NCBI RefSeq assembly: GCF_009914755.1 | Contig: NC_060935.1 | Length of the DNA: 64,000 nt | Direction: 5' to 3' (one strand) | DNA from: the human T2T-CHM13v2.0 reference genome, Homo sapiens | Shown here: in pieces, positions 12,171-27,415 of the stretch | Position numbering within the stretch: position 1 is the stretch's first letter | How the letters are laid out: each line of letters starts with the position of its first letter | Translations under genes and position numbers: made by a program | Notes under the pieces: model-generated | What the model saw: the letters and a program-made list of their open reading frames with translations, nothing else | What the model was told of the DNA's origin: nothing | The model's database searches: none

Positions 12171-12743
12171 GGGAGTTTAGCTGTGCTGAGGTTTTTAATG
12201 AGACCACATTACAATTTCTGATGCTCTCAGGCACAATTGCCTTTAAATAAAGTCTTGAGGTAAATGAGCTACTCAGTGAAGGTGAACTTTGGCAGAAACG
12301 TCTGAAATTTTTAAATGCAAATTTATCTCTTCCATTTTAACTATTGTGGAGTCCTGAAGAAATATCCTCTGACGTTAACTTTGAGCTTTGTAAAATAATA
12401 TAAAATGATAAGGAGAGAAGAATTGCTACTATGATCATTGTATATTCAAATCATGGACAGAGCTGGATATTAAAATGAATACGTTTGTACTAATTAACCA
12501 GTAGGCTTTTTTCACAAAGCTAGAGAGGAAAACCCATCCTTTTACTGAACTAAATTTGTTGCCTTTTCCTCAAGTTTTCAGTTGCATATGAAAGCTTACT
12601 TTTCGTTTCCTTCTATTATTGTTTACCAGATTAGGCATCCATGCTTTGCTGGTGAACTTACACATATTCCTTAAGACACAAACTATTTTTTTTAATCTTA
12701 CCTTTTTCCTTAACAGAAGCATAGTGGCAGATGTTGTGAGTTA

Positions 12744-13057
12744 TCTGGTATGGTTTGAACATTTGTCTCCACCAAATCTCACGTTAAAATTTGTTCCCCA
12801 AAGTTGGAGATGGGTCCTGGTGAAAGGTGTTTGGGTCGTGGGGGTGGATCCCCACTTTTCCTCTCTCTTGCCATGTGCTCTTTACACACTGGCTGTCCTT
12901 CACCTTGTGCCATGAACAGAAGCAGTCGGAGACCCTCATCAGAAGCAGGTGCTGGTGCCGTGGTTCCTGTATAGTCAGCAGAATCATGAGCCAAATAAAC
13001 CTCTTTTCGTTATAAATTACCCAGATTTAGGCTTTCTTGCATAGCAACATAAACAGA
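12744..13057 (+). mobile_element. MSTB-like MaLR solo LTR with internal deletion
   Basis: GGTATGGTTTGAA...CCAAATCTCACGTTAAAATTTG...CAGAATCATGAGCCAAATAAACCTCTTTT...ATAAATTACCCAG. Confidence 0.85.
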
Positions 13058-13209
13058 GGAAGGGATGATCTATGCTTTATTCTCTCTGCCTTTCTTTCTT
13101 GATAGGAGAATTCACAATTTTACTTAGTGTTTAATTTTCTCTAAATACTCCAAGACACCTCTTGGATGCAGATCAATCTCTCTAATTGGGAATATGAGGG
13201 TCCCCACTA

Positions 13210-13610
13210 TCTATTTCCATCTCAGCCCTCCAATCTCGTTGCTCATCATTCCCTGACTCAAATACCAAAAGGCTAGTGGTACCCTTTCCAAACCATGCTG
13301 TTTCTCTTTTTAATGTCTTGCCTCATAACACATGCATTTTCTGCAAAGTCTACTCCTTACCCATTATTAAACATATTTTAAATTTCAGATCTGAAGGCAC
13401 CTCCTCCAGGAAGACTTGCCTGATTCTCCATGGGCTGTTATGTGCACCTTGAATATACCCTCTTTATCATCCTTGTTGTAACACACATTATGGATTAATC
13501 ATCTTTTTTTTTCTATCTCTTTCTTTGTTTACTAAGCTTCTTGAATAAAAGGATTGTCTCATTCACCATTATGTTTTTTGCACAGTGCCTGACACGTTCA
13601 ATATATTTTT
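13210..13610 (+). mobile_element. L2 3' region
   Basis: CACCTCCTCCAGGAAGACTTGCCTGA...TAAGCTTCTTGAA...GCACAGTGCCTGACAC. Confidence 0.65.
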
Positions 13611-13677
13611 CACTTTTGATGTTTCACTTAAAGGCTAGTGCTTTTCCTGAGTGACAAGTCAATGAATTGAGAGATTT

Positions 13678-14834
13678 AAAAAAAGAAGCCACAGGATGAG
13701 AGAAAATATTTGCAAAACACATACCTGAAAAAGGACTATTATCCAAAATGTACAAAGAAGTCTTAAAATTCAACAATAGTAAGCAAACAACCCAATAAAT
13801 AAATGGGCAAAAGATCTGAAGAGACATCTCATCAAAGAAGATAAGCAGATGGCAAGCAAAACAAAGATAAATAGATGTTCCACATTATATGCCATTAGGA
13901 AACTGAAAATTCAAACAACGAGACACCTCTACACACCTATTAAAATGACTTAAATTCAGAACACTGACAACACCAAATACTGACAAGAAGGAAGCGCGAA
14001 AGGAAATTCTACTCATTGCTGGTGATTGCAAAATAGTACAGCTGCTTTGGAAGACAGTTTGGCAGTTTCTTACAAAGCTAAACAGAGTTTTACCACATGA
14101 TCCAGCAATTCACTCTGTGATATTTACCCAAATGACTTAAAATTTATGCCCACACAGTGACCTGCATATGAACATTTATAGCAGCTGTATTTATAATTGC
14201 CAAAAAAATGGAAGCAACCAAGCTGTCTTTCAATAAGTGAATGAATAAATAGCCTGTTATATATACAGGCAATGGACTATTATTTAGCACTAAAGAGAAA
14301 GGAGTTATCAAGCCATAGAAGGACATAGATAAAACGTAAGTGTCTATTACCAAGTGAAAGAAGGCAATGTGAAAGCTCTACATACTATATGATTGTAACT
14401 ATGTGATATTCTGGGAAAGAGAAAACTGTATAGAGACAGTAAAAAAATAAAATAAAAAAGTGATTGCCTGGTGTGTGGGGGTACAGGGAGAGAAGAAGGC
14501 AGAAATAAATAGGTGGAACACAGAGCATTAGAGGGAGAGTGAAATTATTCTCTGTGGTATTATAAGGGTGGATACATGTCATTATACATTTGTCAAAACC
14601 CATAGAATGTACATCACTAGTGACTTCTAATGAAAACTATAGAACTTATTTAATAAAATGTATCAGTATTGCTTAATCACTTATAACAAATGCACCACAG
14701 TAATGCAATATATCAATAGTAGGGGAAACTGTGTGTATGTCGTGGGGTGGGAGGTTATAAAAATTTTGTGCTTTCTGCTCCATTTTTCTGTAGACCTATA
14801 AATTTTCTCAAAAATAAGCTGTATTAACTTAAAA
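13678..14834 (+). mobile_element. L1MC1/2 3' end (end of ORF2 plus 3'UTR)
   Basis: GAGAAAATATTTGCAAAACACATA...GGATACATGTCATTATACATTTGTCAAAACCCATAGAATGTAC...AAATAAG..ATTAACTTAAAA. Confidence 0.9.
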
Positions 14835-15204
14835 TAAACTAATGCATGCAATTTGTAGGGCATTAGGTATCTTCTTGAAGACTCTGAAAATAGGCTTAGA
14901 AAATGATTTGAAGAAAAGTATCTGATGTATACAGGAGAGACATAGATGGCTTGAGACTGGCTGCAGTTTGAAATGTGAATGCAGGGAACAGTCATGCATC
15001 TTGAGGGACGACAAGATCATGATTCAAGCCATATGTGTTGCCATGACACAGTCCATCTTTTGTAAAATTTGATTCCCTGTGCCGATTGAAGGACTGGTTA
15101 AGTTGAGATGAATTCTGAGCAAGAGAATATCAAACAGCTAATTCAGTAGCCTTCTCATGATTTATAGCCATAAAGCCTTTCATTATTCAATTCCTACTGA
15201 ACTC

Positions 15205-15345
15205 TAAAAATAACCTGGTGATGCATGTAGCACAAATATTATTAATGCCATTTTACAGATGAAGAGACTGAAGCTTAGAAAAATTAAAGTTGCAATAGGA
15301 CTTAAAACAGGTTTTGTAGTTTCCATGCCCTCCAACTGACTCATT
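15205..15345 (-). mobile_element. MIR SINE core
   Basis: CCATTTTACAGATGAAGAGACTGAAGCTTAGA. Confidence 0.75.
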
Positions 15346-16782
15346 TCCACCCCTTTGTCAATATGATATGTATATATCTGTATCTCTTTGCACTGGATAT
15401 TGTATTGTAATTTATCATCTTCTCACCTTTGCTCCAATGTATAATGGGAATTCACATTTTCAATGTCCTCCTCTTCTTCTTCCTCTTCCTCTTTCTTTTC
15501 TTTTTTTAAGTATAATAATGATGATTTTAGAATATGACAGAATTGAGACCAAGCATATAACTCATATTAATAAATATTAATGTGCTTGACTTACTTAATA
15601 CAAAAATGATTTTAAGTTTAGTTCACAAAGTAAGGTCCGACATAGTTCTACTTTTTTATCTACACCGCTGCATTGCATTTAAAGTATGCTTGGCTTAGAT
15701 ATATTCAGGGATATTTCATTATATATTTATTTGTCCATGTCAATTGTCTTTATGTATATAATGTTTTATATAAGTCTAATTGAAACAAAATTTGGTAATG
15801 AGTCAAAACAAGAAATTCAAATTTATACAGAGTTTTATAAGAGTTGATATATGACTTTATAATATAGAGAATGGGAAAGCATTTGACTAAGGCCAATGCT
15901 TTTAACAAAGGGTTATGAAAAGAATTAGGAGAGATGCTAGAAACTAACAAGGGTTAACTAGCATTGGTAAATACATTACATGTACAGTAGCAATGTTAAT
16001 CCGTAAACAGAGACACACTGGCTCAAACATTTTTATTTGAATTGTGTTCTCCAGAGAAACTTCAAGTCAAGTTCATTTACCTGATAAATGTATCTTTACA
16101 ATGTATTTGTAAGGGTAGCTGTTTTAATGCAAACCACTTATGTATACAAACCATTCATATTTGTAATATAAGTTTTAATTATAGGTTCAGCTAAACTGAA
16201 AGGTCTATGCAGAATATAAAATAACACTAATGTGCTCACTATTTTTATGTTGATTGTTAAAATTATTTTACACCAGAGATTTGTTACATTTAACAGGACT
16301 GGAATTATAGTATATCAGTTAAGCATATTACCCAGTAATTAAACGGAACAGATAATTGAATTACTATGTTTATTGCTTTAGGGAAATACTTTGTGAAAAC
16401 CAACATAATATTCTACCTTGAAAGTTTAGCACCACACAGCATGCACCTTTGTGGTGCGTGGTCTGAAAATTATGTCTCCTATTACTTGTAGTTTTGCATG
16501 CCTCCATATTTTTCCACTATGACTCTCTTGTGTATTCCATTATGAGTTAAATTAACTAGTACACAGCTTCACAACCATTACTAAAATATTGAAAATCTAA
16601 AGCTCTACTCTAACTTTCAAATCCCTTTACTCCTCCTCATACTGACTCTTCTCTCAGCCACCAGTGACGTTGGTACAGAGGAAAGGAGGAGTCCTGAACA
16701 CCCAGACCTAGCTCAAATACTAGTCCTAGATGGACTGGCAAATCATAAACTCCCAGACTGAAACTTTTTCATTATTCATTCT

Positions 16783-17380
16783 CTCACTTATTCATTCATC
16801 CCAAAAATATTTACTGAGCATTTACCATGTGTAAGGCACTGATATGAGCATTGGGGATTAACCAGTAATCAAAACCTACTGAATCCCGGCCTCCATTGGA
16901 GCTTATCTACTAGTTAGAAGATGATAGAGAGAAATAAATTAATTAATTAAAGTTACAGTATAAGTCATGAGTGCTATGAAGGAAAATACAGAGAGTAAGA
17001 GGGATAGAGAGAAGAGAATTATGTTTTACATAGATTGCTCAGGGAAGGCATCGCTAACTGGGTCACATACAGTTAGAGAGAAAAGTGTTAAAGAGTGTTA
17101 TATACTTCTTCAATAAATATGAATCGGGCAGAAAGAACCACATGAGCAAAGACTTTAGAGAGGAAGAGTGTTCTGGGTAAGCAAGAGGAACTGCAAGAAT
17201 GCCCATGGACCTGGAGTAGAGTAAATGATGGGAAAAGTAGCAAGAGGTAACTACAGACAATAAGTGGGATGGTAGATCATTAGCGACTTGTAAGTGACAG
17301 TTGAAATGTTCGGAATTTGGGTAAAAATTAGAAATCCACTTGTGGGTCTTTATTGTAGATGAGAAATATGTCATCATGAA
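16783..17380 (-). mobile_element. L2a 3' end
   Basis: TTATTCATTCATCCCAAAAATATTTACTGAGCATTTACCATGTGTAAGGCACTG. Confidence 0.85.
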
Positions 17381-17875
17381 GTGTATCTTCTAGAAGTATC
17401 TCTGTTTGCTCAAGATAAAAGGGTTTATGACTGACACATAAATGAAAGTTTGGAAATGCTTAGTGGTTAATGACTCAGCCACAAAGAATGCTGTTACTAT
17501 TGGTACATTCAACCAGATAAACAGTATGCTTCAAAAGAATATATAAAACAAGAAAGCACATGGCTGAAGATCACAGGGATAAAAGAAAGTCAGGATTAGA
17601 GCAGCCACTAAGAGTTACAGAATTGGACGAATTGGGGCAGTAATTGTTACTCAGCTAAGTAAATGGAAGAGCAATTTTGGAAAAGGACAACTGCAGAAAA
17701 TGGGTCAAAGCAAGATGGTTTTATTGATTTACCTTTATGCTTACCAACCTCAGAAGAAGAATGTGTTGAATCGAATGCAGTTATATTATATCTCTGGATT
17801 TTAAAGACAAAAATTCAGTCTACTTAAAAGATACTTGAAATAGAGAGTTTTATTTGGTCCTGGAGATCATTTGGT

Positions 17876-18372
17876 CTGCTGATTCTTGACCTTGGCAGTA
17901 TTTTAGATTCATCTAGAAAGATTTTAAAAAATACTGATGCCCACCAGGCATGGTTGGTCATGCCTGTAATCCTAGCACTTTGGGAGGCTGAGACGGGTGG
18001 ATTACCTGAGGTCAGAAGTTTGGGACCAGCCTGACCAACATGGTGAAACCCCGTCTCTACTAAAAATACAAAAAATTTAGCCGAGCATGGTGGCAGGTGC
18101 CTGTAATCCCAGCTACTTAGGAGGCTAGGGCAGAAGAATCACTTGAATCTGGGAGGTGGAGGTTGCAGAGATCTGAGATCGTGCCATTGCACTCCAGCCT
18201 GGGCAACAAGAGCAAAACTCCATCTCAAAAATAATAATAATAATAATATATTGATGCCCAAGCCCAATTCTACCTCTGTTAAATCAGAATCTCTGGGATA
18301 TAAAGCCCTGACAGTATATTTGATTAACTTTCTCATTTATCCTATTGTGAAGGCAGATTTTAGAACCACAAA
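17876..18372. mobile_element. MER5-type hAT MITE split by an Alu
   Basis: GATTCTTGACCTTGGC...TTTAAAAAATACTGATGCCCA [Alu] ...TTAAATCAGAATCTCTGGG...TTTAGAACCAC. Confidence 0.65.
17944..18247 (+). mobile_element. AluSq/Sp-like element with (AAT)n tail
   Basis: GGCAACAAGAGCAAAACTCC diagnostic; TSD ATACTGATGCCCA (17931-17943) / ATATTGATGCCCA (18248-18260). Confidence 0.95.
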
Positions 18373-18619
18373 CCCGTTTCTTATCTATTTCTCCTAGCTC
18401 CACATTCCAGAGATTCTCATGGAAAGGCTGTCAGAATCTCTTCACAAATTTTAAGATACAGTTTTTGGTAGCCTCCCTAGACTTATTTAAATCAGTATCT
18501 CTTATTAAGGATTCAGGTTTGTGTATTTCTAAAACATTTTCCAGGTGATTCTCACATAAATATCTATTAAGCTGCTATCCTACTCCAGGCTGAATAACTG
18601 AAGCCGGAAGCATTCAAAT

Positions 18620-19100
18620 TTTGCCGGAACATTTCCAGTGGTATTGCACTATTTCACAAGTTAGCCTATTTTAATTGATATTTTTAGTTCTGATACTGAA
18701 TCAACATTCACCTCATTGTAAATACTATCCTTTAGTCATTTTTCTCTCCCATGGGGTTAGACGGAACAGATTGTCTTCCTTATGACAAGCGTCATAAATT
18801 TGAGATTCTCCCAAGCCTCTTTTTCTCCAAGTATAATATTCTTAATTACCATAATTATTTTTCCTAAGGCATTGTTTTTAGACCTCCTGTTTACTTGTTC
18901 TTTAACTCATTCCCCATTGTCAATATCTATTCCTGACAATATTCTTCTGTTGAGGTGACTGGAACAAACATTGATTTATTTTCACAGTCACATCAGTTGA
19001 ATTTGTATTCAACTTAAACTACCATCCGTGTTTTTCCTTATAGGAATTGTTGAACTGTCGTTAATTCAAGTCTTTACCACACCCTCTTATATATGACAAG
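18620..19100 (-). mobile_element. L3/CR1 fragment
   Basis: CCTTTAGTC...CTTCCTTATGACAAGC...CTCTTTTTCTCCAAG...TTGTCAATATC resembles antisense L3. Confidence 0.5.
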
Positions 19101-19567
19101 ATTCTTTATTTAAAAATAGGCAGGTTTAAATCTTACACCACTTGATAAGTGTTTCAAACCCAAATTTGTATCCAATAGAAAAGATACTCAGGGAGCCCCT
19201 ACATGGGAGACATAAAAAGGAGAAGAAAATATATTTTAAATAATTTGACACCATATCCAAAACAGTTGAATTTGGGAACTAGTGAGACAGTATCTGGAGA
19301 CTGGATATTCTGCTTCTGTCTAGCTTATAGGAATTTTGAAACAGTACCACTCTCAACCTCATAAAGAGAGAAACCTATATGAGTTACAGAATCACAAAGC
19401 CAGTGTGAGCTAGCATGGCAGTATAGAATTCCTGGGATTTCCTAACACAAGTGTTGTTTATACTTACTTCCAGACTCTTTTTTATGACCCTGAGAAACGA
19501 CACTGAGTACACATAATAAGACTAAAGGTAAGGTGGGAGATCAGAGAGGTGCAGAAGTAGAAGAGGA

Positions 19568-20119
19568 TGTGGAGGCTTTATATTGTATCACCTTGGCCAG
19601 AGTAAATTACATTTCCTTGAATTACTGTTACTGTTTCCAGTTAAAGAGGGTGGCAAGAGGTATTATTAGGAGACTAAGAGAGAGGAAGAAAGTCAGCAGT
19701 CGTTTTGCAGCTCACCCACATTATTATTAGGCTAATTTACCTTTGCAGCAGGAAGTTTCCTTATTTTTCCCTGCATCCTTCAGCTTCTCTGACCCTGGGC
19801 TAGGTGTGTACTTAGCTTTGGGAAGAATGGCCCAGCTTCTGTAGGACACTCAAATCATCAAGTTCAAAAGCAACAAAAATGGACAGGGTTTTAGTTTATC
19901 CTATTGAGACTCTGGACTGTGGTTGGGATTCCAACATGTTCTTGATCTCTCTACTTTTCATCCGTCTTCCCTTCCCAACTGCTTGGCTGATAGATTTCCA
20001 GCTCCAGCATTTGATGCAAAGACAAAATCTCCCACAATGGATTAAGGTCACATTCCTGTAATGAATCTGGATTTATGTATTTGTGGTTCTATTTCTCTGT
20101 TTGAACCCTGATAGATACA
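19568..20119 (+). mobile_element. ERVL-class solo LTR (MLT2/LTR52-like) inserted in the L1 5' region
   Basis: TG...CA termini: TGTGGAGGCTTTATATTGTATCACCTTGGC ... GGTTCTATTTCTCTGTTTGAACCCTGATAGATACA. Confidence 0.65.
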
Positions 20120-22897
20120 GGAGGGACCAGTCTGTATTTCAGGAAAAGCATGAAACCCCACCCCTTGCACGTTGTATTCTCTCATATGGAACTAAGTGAG
20201 GGGCATAAAACCATGTCATATACAGGGGAAAAATAGGTATTGCTGCTGAGGAAAAGGTAGGATAAAGAACCCCTCTCACCTCAGAAAGACAGTTTGAGCT
20301 CTCCTACTGGGGAGAAATAGAAAACTCTTTCAGAAAAGCTCCACCATAGATACAAAACAAGATTTGCCTGCCTTAGGGAAAAGCAGCAAGAATTCCAAAA
20401 ATTCCCTAATTCTAAGACCCAGACACATGTAGCTCATTTAAGATTGTGGTTGGACAATAACACACAGACCTCTTCAGCCTCTCACCACTAACCTTCCAAG
20501 CTTTTATTACATAGTAAATGGAATCTATTGCTCTTGGAGGGACAGAGCTTCAAGAGAGAATCCTATGTGGCACAGATGTTCAGGGCTAGCTAAAAGCTGA
20601 AGGTGGACCACAAAAAACCCAAACCTATTAGCTCCCCAGCTCCCAGTGCAAGAAAATCTTTAGTGAAATTTGAAGCCTACATTGCAGTGAAGGTAACCAT
20701 AGCAATCACAAACCCAAACTCAGCTCAAATCCTGACAAGATTGACTTAACACTCCTACAAACTGCATATAGAATAGTATTTGCAGGTGTTAATACTGTTT
20801 GCTTCAGTCTGTATTCTTCTACACATTATATAAGGTATTTGATTTCAAAAATTATAAAATTCAAATAAAGGAAGATAAAATAACCATTTTTTATAGAGAA
20901 AGAATTCAAAAAAACTCAGGGAGTATATTATAGTGGCTACATTGAAATAGGAATTTTATACTCCCTATGGTTAATATTTTTAAAGGATTTAGTTAAAAAA
21001 TGGACAGCATATATGTATAGATTGAGAAGTTCTGTATGATAATAGAAACAATTTGACTAGGTAAAATTTTAATGTAATAAATAAAAAAGATCACAGATGC
21101 AAAAACCCTTAGTCTCATGAGTAGATTCAACAGAATCAAAGAAGAAATTAGCAAGCTTGAAGAAATATTTTTTTAATTAACCAAGTTGAAATACAAAGAG
21201 AAAAGCTTATTAAAATTGGCCACAGTGTATGGATCTATAAAACAATGCTGAGAAGGCAGCCAGACAATAGACACTACCAATTCAAAATTATAACAGACTA
21301 TTTGTCAGAAACTATGCAAGACAGAAGACAATGGAGTGACACCTTTAAACTGTTGAAAGGAAAAAGCAAACACACAATACAAACAAATAAGCAAAACCTG
21401 TTAACCTAGAATTCTATACCAGTGAAGATATCTTTGAAACATTAAAGTGGAAATTTAAATTTATTCAGACAAACAAGAGCTGAGAAAATGTAATACACCA
21501 TAAGAAATATTCAACGTATTTCTTCAGACAGAATGAACTTGTGGTAAGTTACATATGTTTATTGGATACCACAGAGCAATCACTAAAATTTAAAAAAAAA
21601 AAGGAAAATGTGGTATAACAAATAAGCTAAGAGTGGACATAAAATGGAATCACTAATAAATTTATGTTAATCACAAATCATAAAAAAAATTGAAGAAAAA
21701 AGCAAAGGTCAGAAGGAACAAATATCAAGCAACTAGGAGTGTAGTGCATTTTAATAAAAATTACATCAATTATATTAAATGTAAATGGTATTCAGTATCA
21801 TCAAAAGATAATTTTTTAAAATAAAAAAGAAACAATTGTATGCTAATGATAAGAAATGTGCTTTAAATATTTTAAATATAAAGACAGGTGAAAGGTAAAA
21901 TAATGAGGAAAGATATACCTTGCAAAATATTAATATTGAACCAAGTAGACTTTGGAAGAAGGAATTCTACCAAGCAGAAAAGTTATGGTACATAATAATA
22001 AAGAAATTAATTTACTAAGAATTATATAACAACCCTAAATATCTGTGCATGTAGCAATCACACATCAAAGTGCATGCAGCAAAACTATTAGAACTGACAG
22101 AAAAAATCTACAAGCCCTCAATTACTGTTGTATATTTCAGCATTAATTTCTCAACAGTTAATAAAACAGACAAAGAGAAAAATCACTGAGAATACAGAAG
22201 ACCAAACAATACTATGAAATGCCTTGACCTAATTGACATTTATAGAATAGTTCACCCTAAACAGCAGAAAATATATTCTTTCTAAGCACACATGGAATAT
22301 TCATTTAGACGGGCCATATCCTTGTCCATAAAATAAATTTTCACAAAGTATAAAGAATCAAAATCATGTAAAGTACTTTTGTGAGCAAAATGGAATTAAG
22401 ATAGGAATTAATAAAAACATACATTGATAACTCTCAAATATTTGAAAATTAAACAACATTTTTACATAGCCTGTGAGTCATAGAGAAAATCAAAAGGGAA
22501 AATAGAAAATATTTTAGATTCAATTATATTGAAAATGAAACATATAAAAAAAATTACAGCACATACTCAAAACAGTGCCAAGAAGGAAATATACCATTAC
22601 ATTCTATATCAGAAAACAAGAAAGATCTCAGTGATCTAGTCTTTCACCATGAGAAAGTAGAAAAGAAGTGAAACCTAAATGCCAAGCAAGTGTTAAGAAA
22701 AAAAAATACAGTTAAATGCAAGAATCAATGAAATAGAAAATAAAAAACAATAGAGCAAATCAATAACACAAAAAGTAGGTTCTGATAGGAGCAGTGACCC
22801 TTATACATTTGCAGCCAAACTGAAAAAAGAGAAGGCAAAACAAACATTATTAGTAATGAAAATAAAATGTCACTACTGACATTAAAATTATGCTAAG

Positions 22898-23059
22898 CAA
22901 GAGTGTAATTGAATTGTTTGTAACTCAAAGGATAAATGCTTGAGGTGACGGATATCCTATTCTCCATAATGTGCTTATTTCACATTGCATGCCTTTATCA
23001 AAACATCATGTCTACTCCATAAATGTATGTACTATGTACCCACAAACATTAAAATTTCA
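22898..23059 (+). mobile_element. L1MA1/2 extreme 3' stub
   Basis: TGTTTGTAACTCAAAGGATAAATGCTTGAGGTGA...TACTATGTACCCACAAA; TSD AAAATTATGCTAAG (22884-22897) / AAAATTATACTAAG (23060-23073). Confidence 0.9.
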
Positions 23060-23677
23060 AAAATTATACTAAGTGAAAGTTGTAAAGAATTGCATTCCAG
23101 AAAATTTGACAATTTTGATAAAATGCATAAATTACTTGGAAAGCAAAGGCTTTCCAGCTACATCCATGTTGCTGCAAAGAAACACGTCTACAAAAGATTT
23201 TGTTCTCTTTTATGGCTGCATAGTATTCCATGGTGTGTATGTATCACATTTTCTTTATCCAATCCACCATTGATGGCCACCTAAGTTGATTCCATGTCTT
23301 TGTTATTGTGAGTCACACAGTGATGAACATACAAGTGCATGTGTCTTTACAGTGAATGGCTTCTGCACAGCATAATAAACTGTCAACAGAGTATACAGAC
23401 AACCTACAGAATGGAAGAAAATACTAGCAAACTGCATCTGACGAAGGTTTAATATACAGAATCTATAAGGAACTTAAACAAATCAACAAGCAAAAATCAA
23501 ATACTCCCCTTAAAAAATGGGCAAAGGACATGAACAGATACTTCTCAAAAGAAAACATATAAGCGGCCAACAAACATAAGAAAAAATAGTCATCACTAAT
23601 CATCAGAGCAACGCAAATCAAAACCACAGTGAGATACCATCTCACACCAGACAAAATGGCTATTATGAAAAAGTCAA

Positions 23678-25644
<1,967 letters not shown>

Positions 25645-25654
25645 GAAAAAGTCA

Positions 25655-25975
<321 letters not shown>

Positions 25976-26779
25976 TCAAACCATAACAGGTGCTGGTGAG
26001 GTTGTGAAGAAAAGGGAACGCTTATACATTGTTGATGGCAAGGTAAATTAGTCTAGCCACTATGGAAACCAGTTTGGAGATTTCTCAAAGAACTTAAAAG
26101 AGAACTACCATTTGCCCCAGCAGTCCATTACGGAGTATGTGCCCAAAGAAAATTAATCATTCTCCATATTTAGAACGGCCTTCCTGAAACCCTGTACCCC
26201 TTACATTCCTAACTCATATGTGCCTGAGATTGATTACTGCCTATAATTTTGACATGCCCAGTCTACTGCAAAAGTTAGCATCATGCTGCACTGGTCATAT
26301 TTTCATTGATCTTTCTAATGGGGATGTAGATGAAAGGACAATTCAAAATGATGTGTAAGAAGATGGGCAAAGAACCAAGAGGTAGATGGGTGTGGGAGTA
26401 CCAAAACAATTTATCAGATAATTCATGTGTCATTTTGGAGGCTGCCAAGTTTTTTGTTGTTGTTGTTGTTGTTTGTTTTTGTTTTTTGTTTTTTACTAGC
26501 AACATTTGAACATTTGAATTAGTGGAAATGGTTAATTAATTCTGAATATTAGAGAGGATTCAGAGACCAAGAAACTGATTCAGAGTCACCTACAATAATG
26601 TGATAATTGCAGCAGTATTTCTAGACAAATAAATGTAAGAAAATATATGTAGAGAGACAAAGGTGATTTTGAAGATTGAAAGAGTAGAAAGGGCGTGGGA
26701 GTCATATAGAAATGGTGAAGAAGTACATGAGCCAAGCTAGTGTATGGAAAGCAAGGGAAGTCTGCTAATGAATCATTGC

Positions 26780-27046
26780 TACCATTTATTGAAATGTAGG
26801 TGTGGCCAACTTAACAATGTTAAGCACTGTGATAAATGCTCTCTAATGCATGAGGGCATTTAATTTAAATCTTAAAGGAAACTATGTGAAGTCGATTGTA
26901 CTCTGACTTCCATTTAATACAGTTAAAAGACCTGGCTTAGGATGGTCAATGATAAAATCACACAACTAGGAAGTAGCACAGTTATGATTCAAACTCATTT
27001 TTTTTCCTGCTATAGTGGCTAAGCTTTAAAACTACAATGCTATGCT
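26780..27046 (-). mobile_element. MIR SINE
   Basis: CTACCATTTATTGA...AAGCACTGTGATAAATGCT...TCACACAACTAGGAAGTAGCACAG..GATTCAAACTCA. Confidence 0.65.
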
Positions 27047-27184
27047 GTTTCTTAACAATGGCAAGCCCTGAAGACACTGAGAAAAGCCATGGTCAACTTC
27101 AAGAGAGTTTTTCTCAAGTTGGCACCGAGGAAAGAAATCAGATTGAATGCTGATATAATAATTCAGTGTTGCAGAACATAATAT

Positions 27185-27415
27185 ACTGAGTAACACAGTA
27201 TGTTCTGGGGTCAAACACCCTGATTCAAAACCCACCTCCCCCACTAATTAACTACATGACTTTGGACAAATGAATGTCTTTAAGTTTCTTTAAATTTCTC
27301 CTCTGTAAAATGAGGTTAATTGGCAGCATCAAACTATAAGATGAATGGTGACTATGAAATCAATTAAAACAGGAAATCATGCTGGCACCTAGCAAACCTA
27401 ATGGATTGTAAACTA
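27185..27415 (+). mobile_element. MIR SINE
   Basis: TGACTTTGGACAAAT...TTTCTCCTCTGTAAAATGAGG...TGGCACCTAGCAAAC. Confidence 0.7.

Larger units (their letters stand above)
19300..23148 (+). mobile_element. Old L1M (ME/MD-type) relic: 5'UTR, ORF1, ORF2 endonuclease to start of RT
   Basis: A-rich sense strand; ATTAAATGTAAATGGT (LNVNG) at ~21774; GACCTAATTGACATTTATAGAA (DLIDIYR); AAATTTGACAATTTTGATAAAATG (KFDN.D.M) at the right end. Confidence 0.85.
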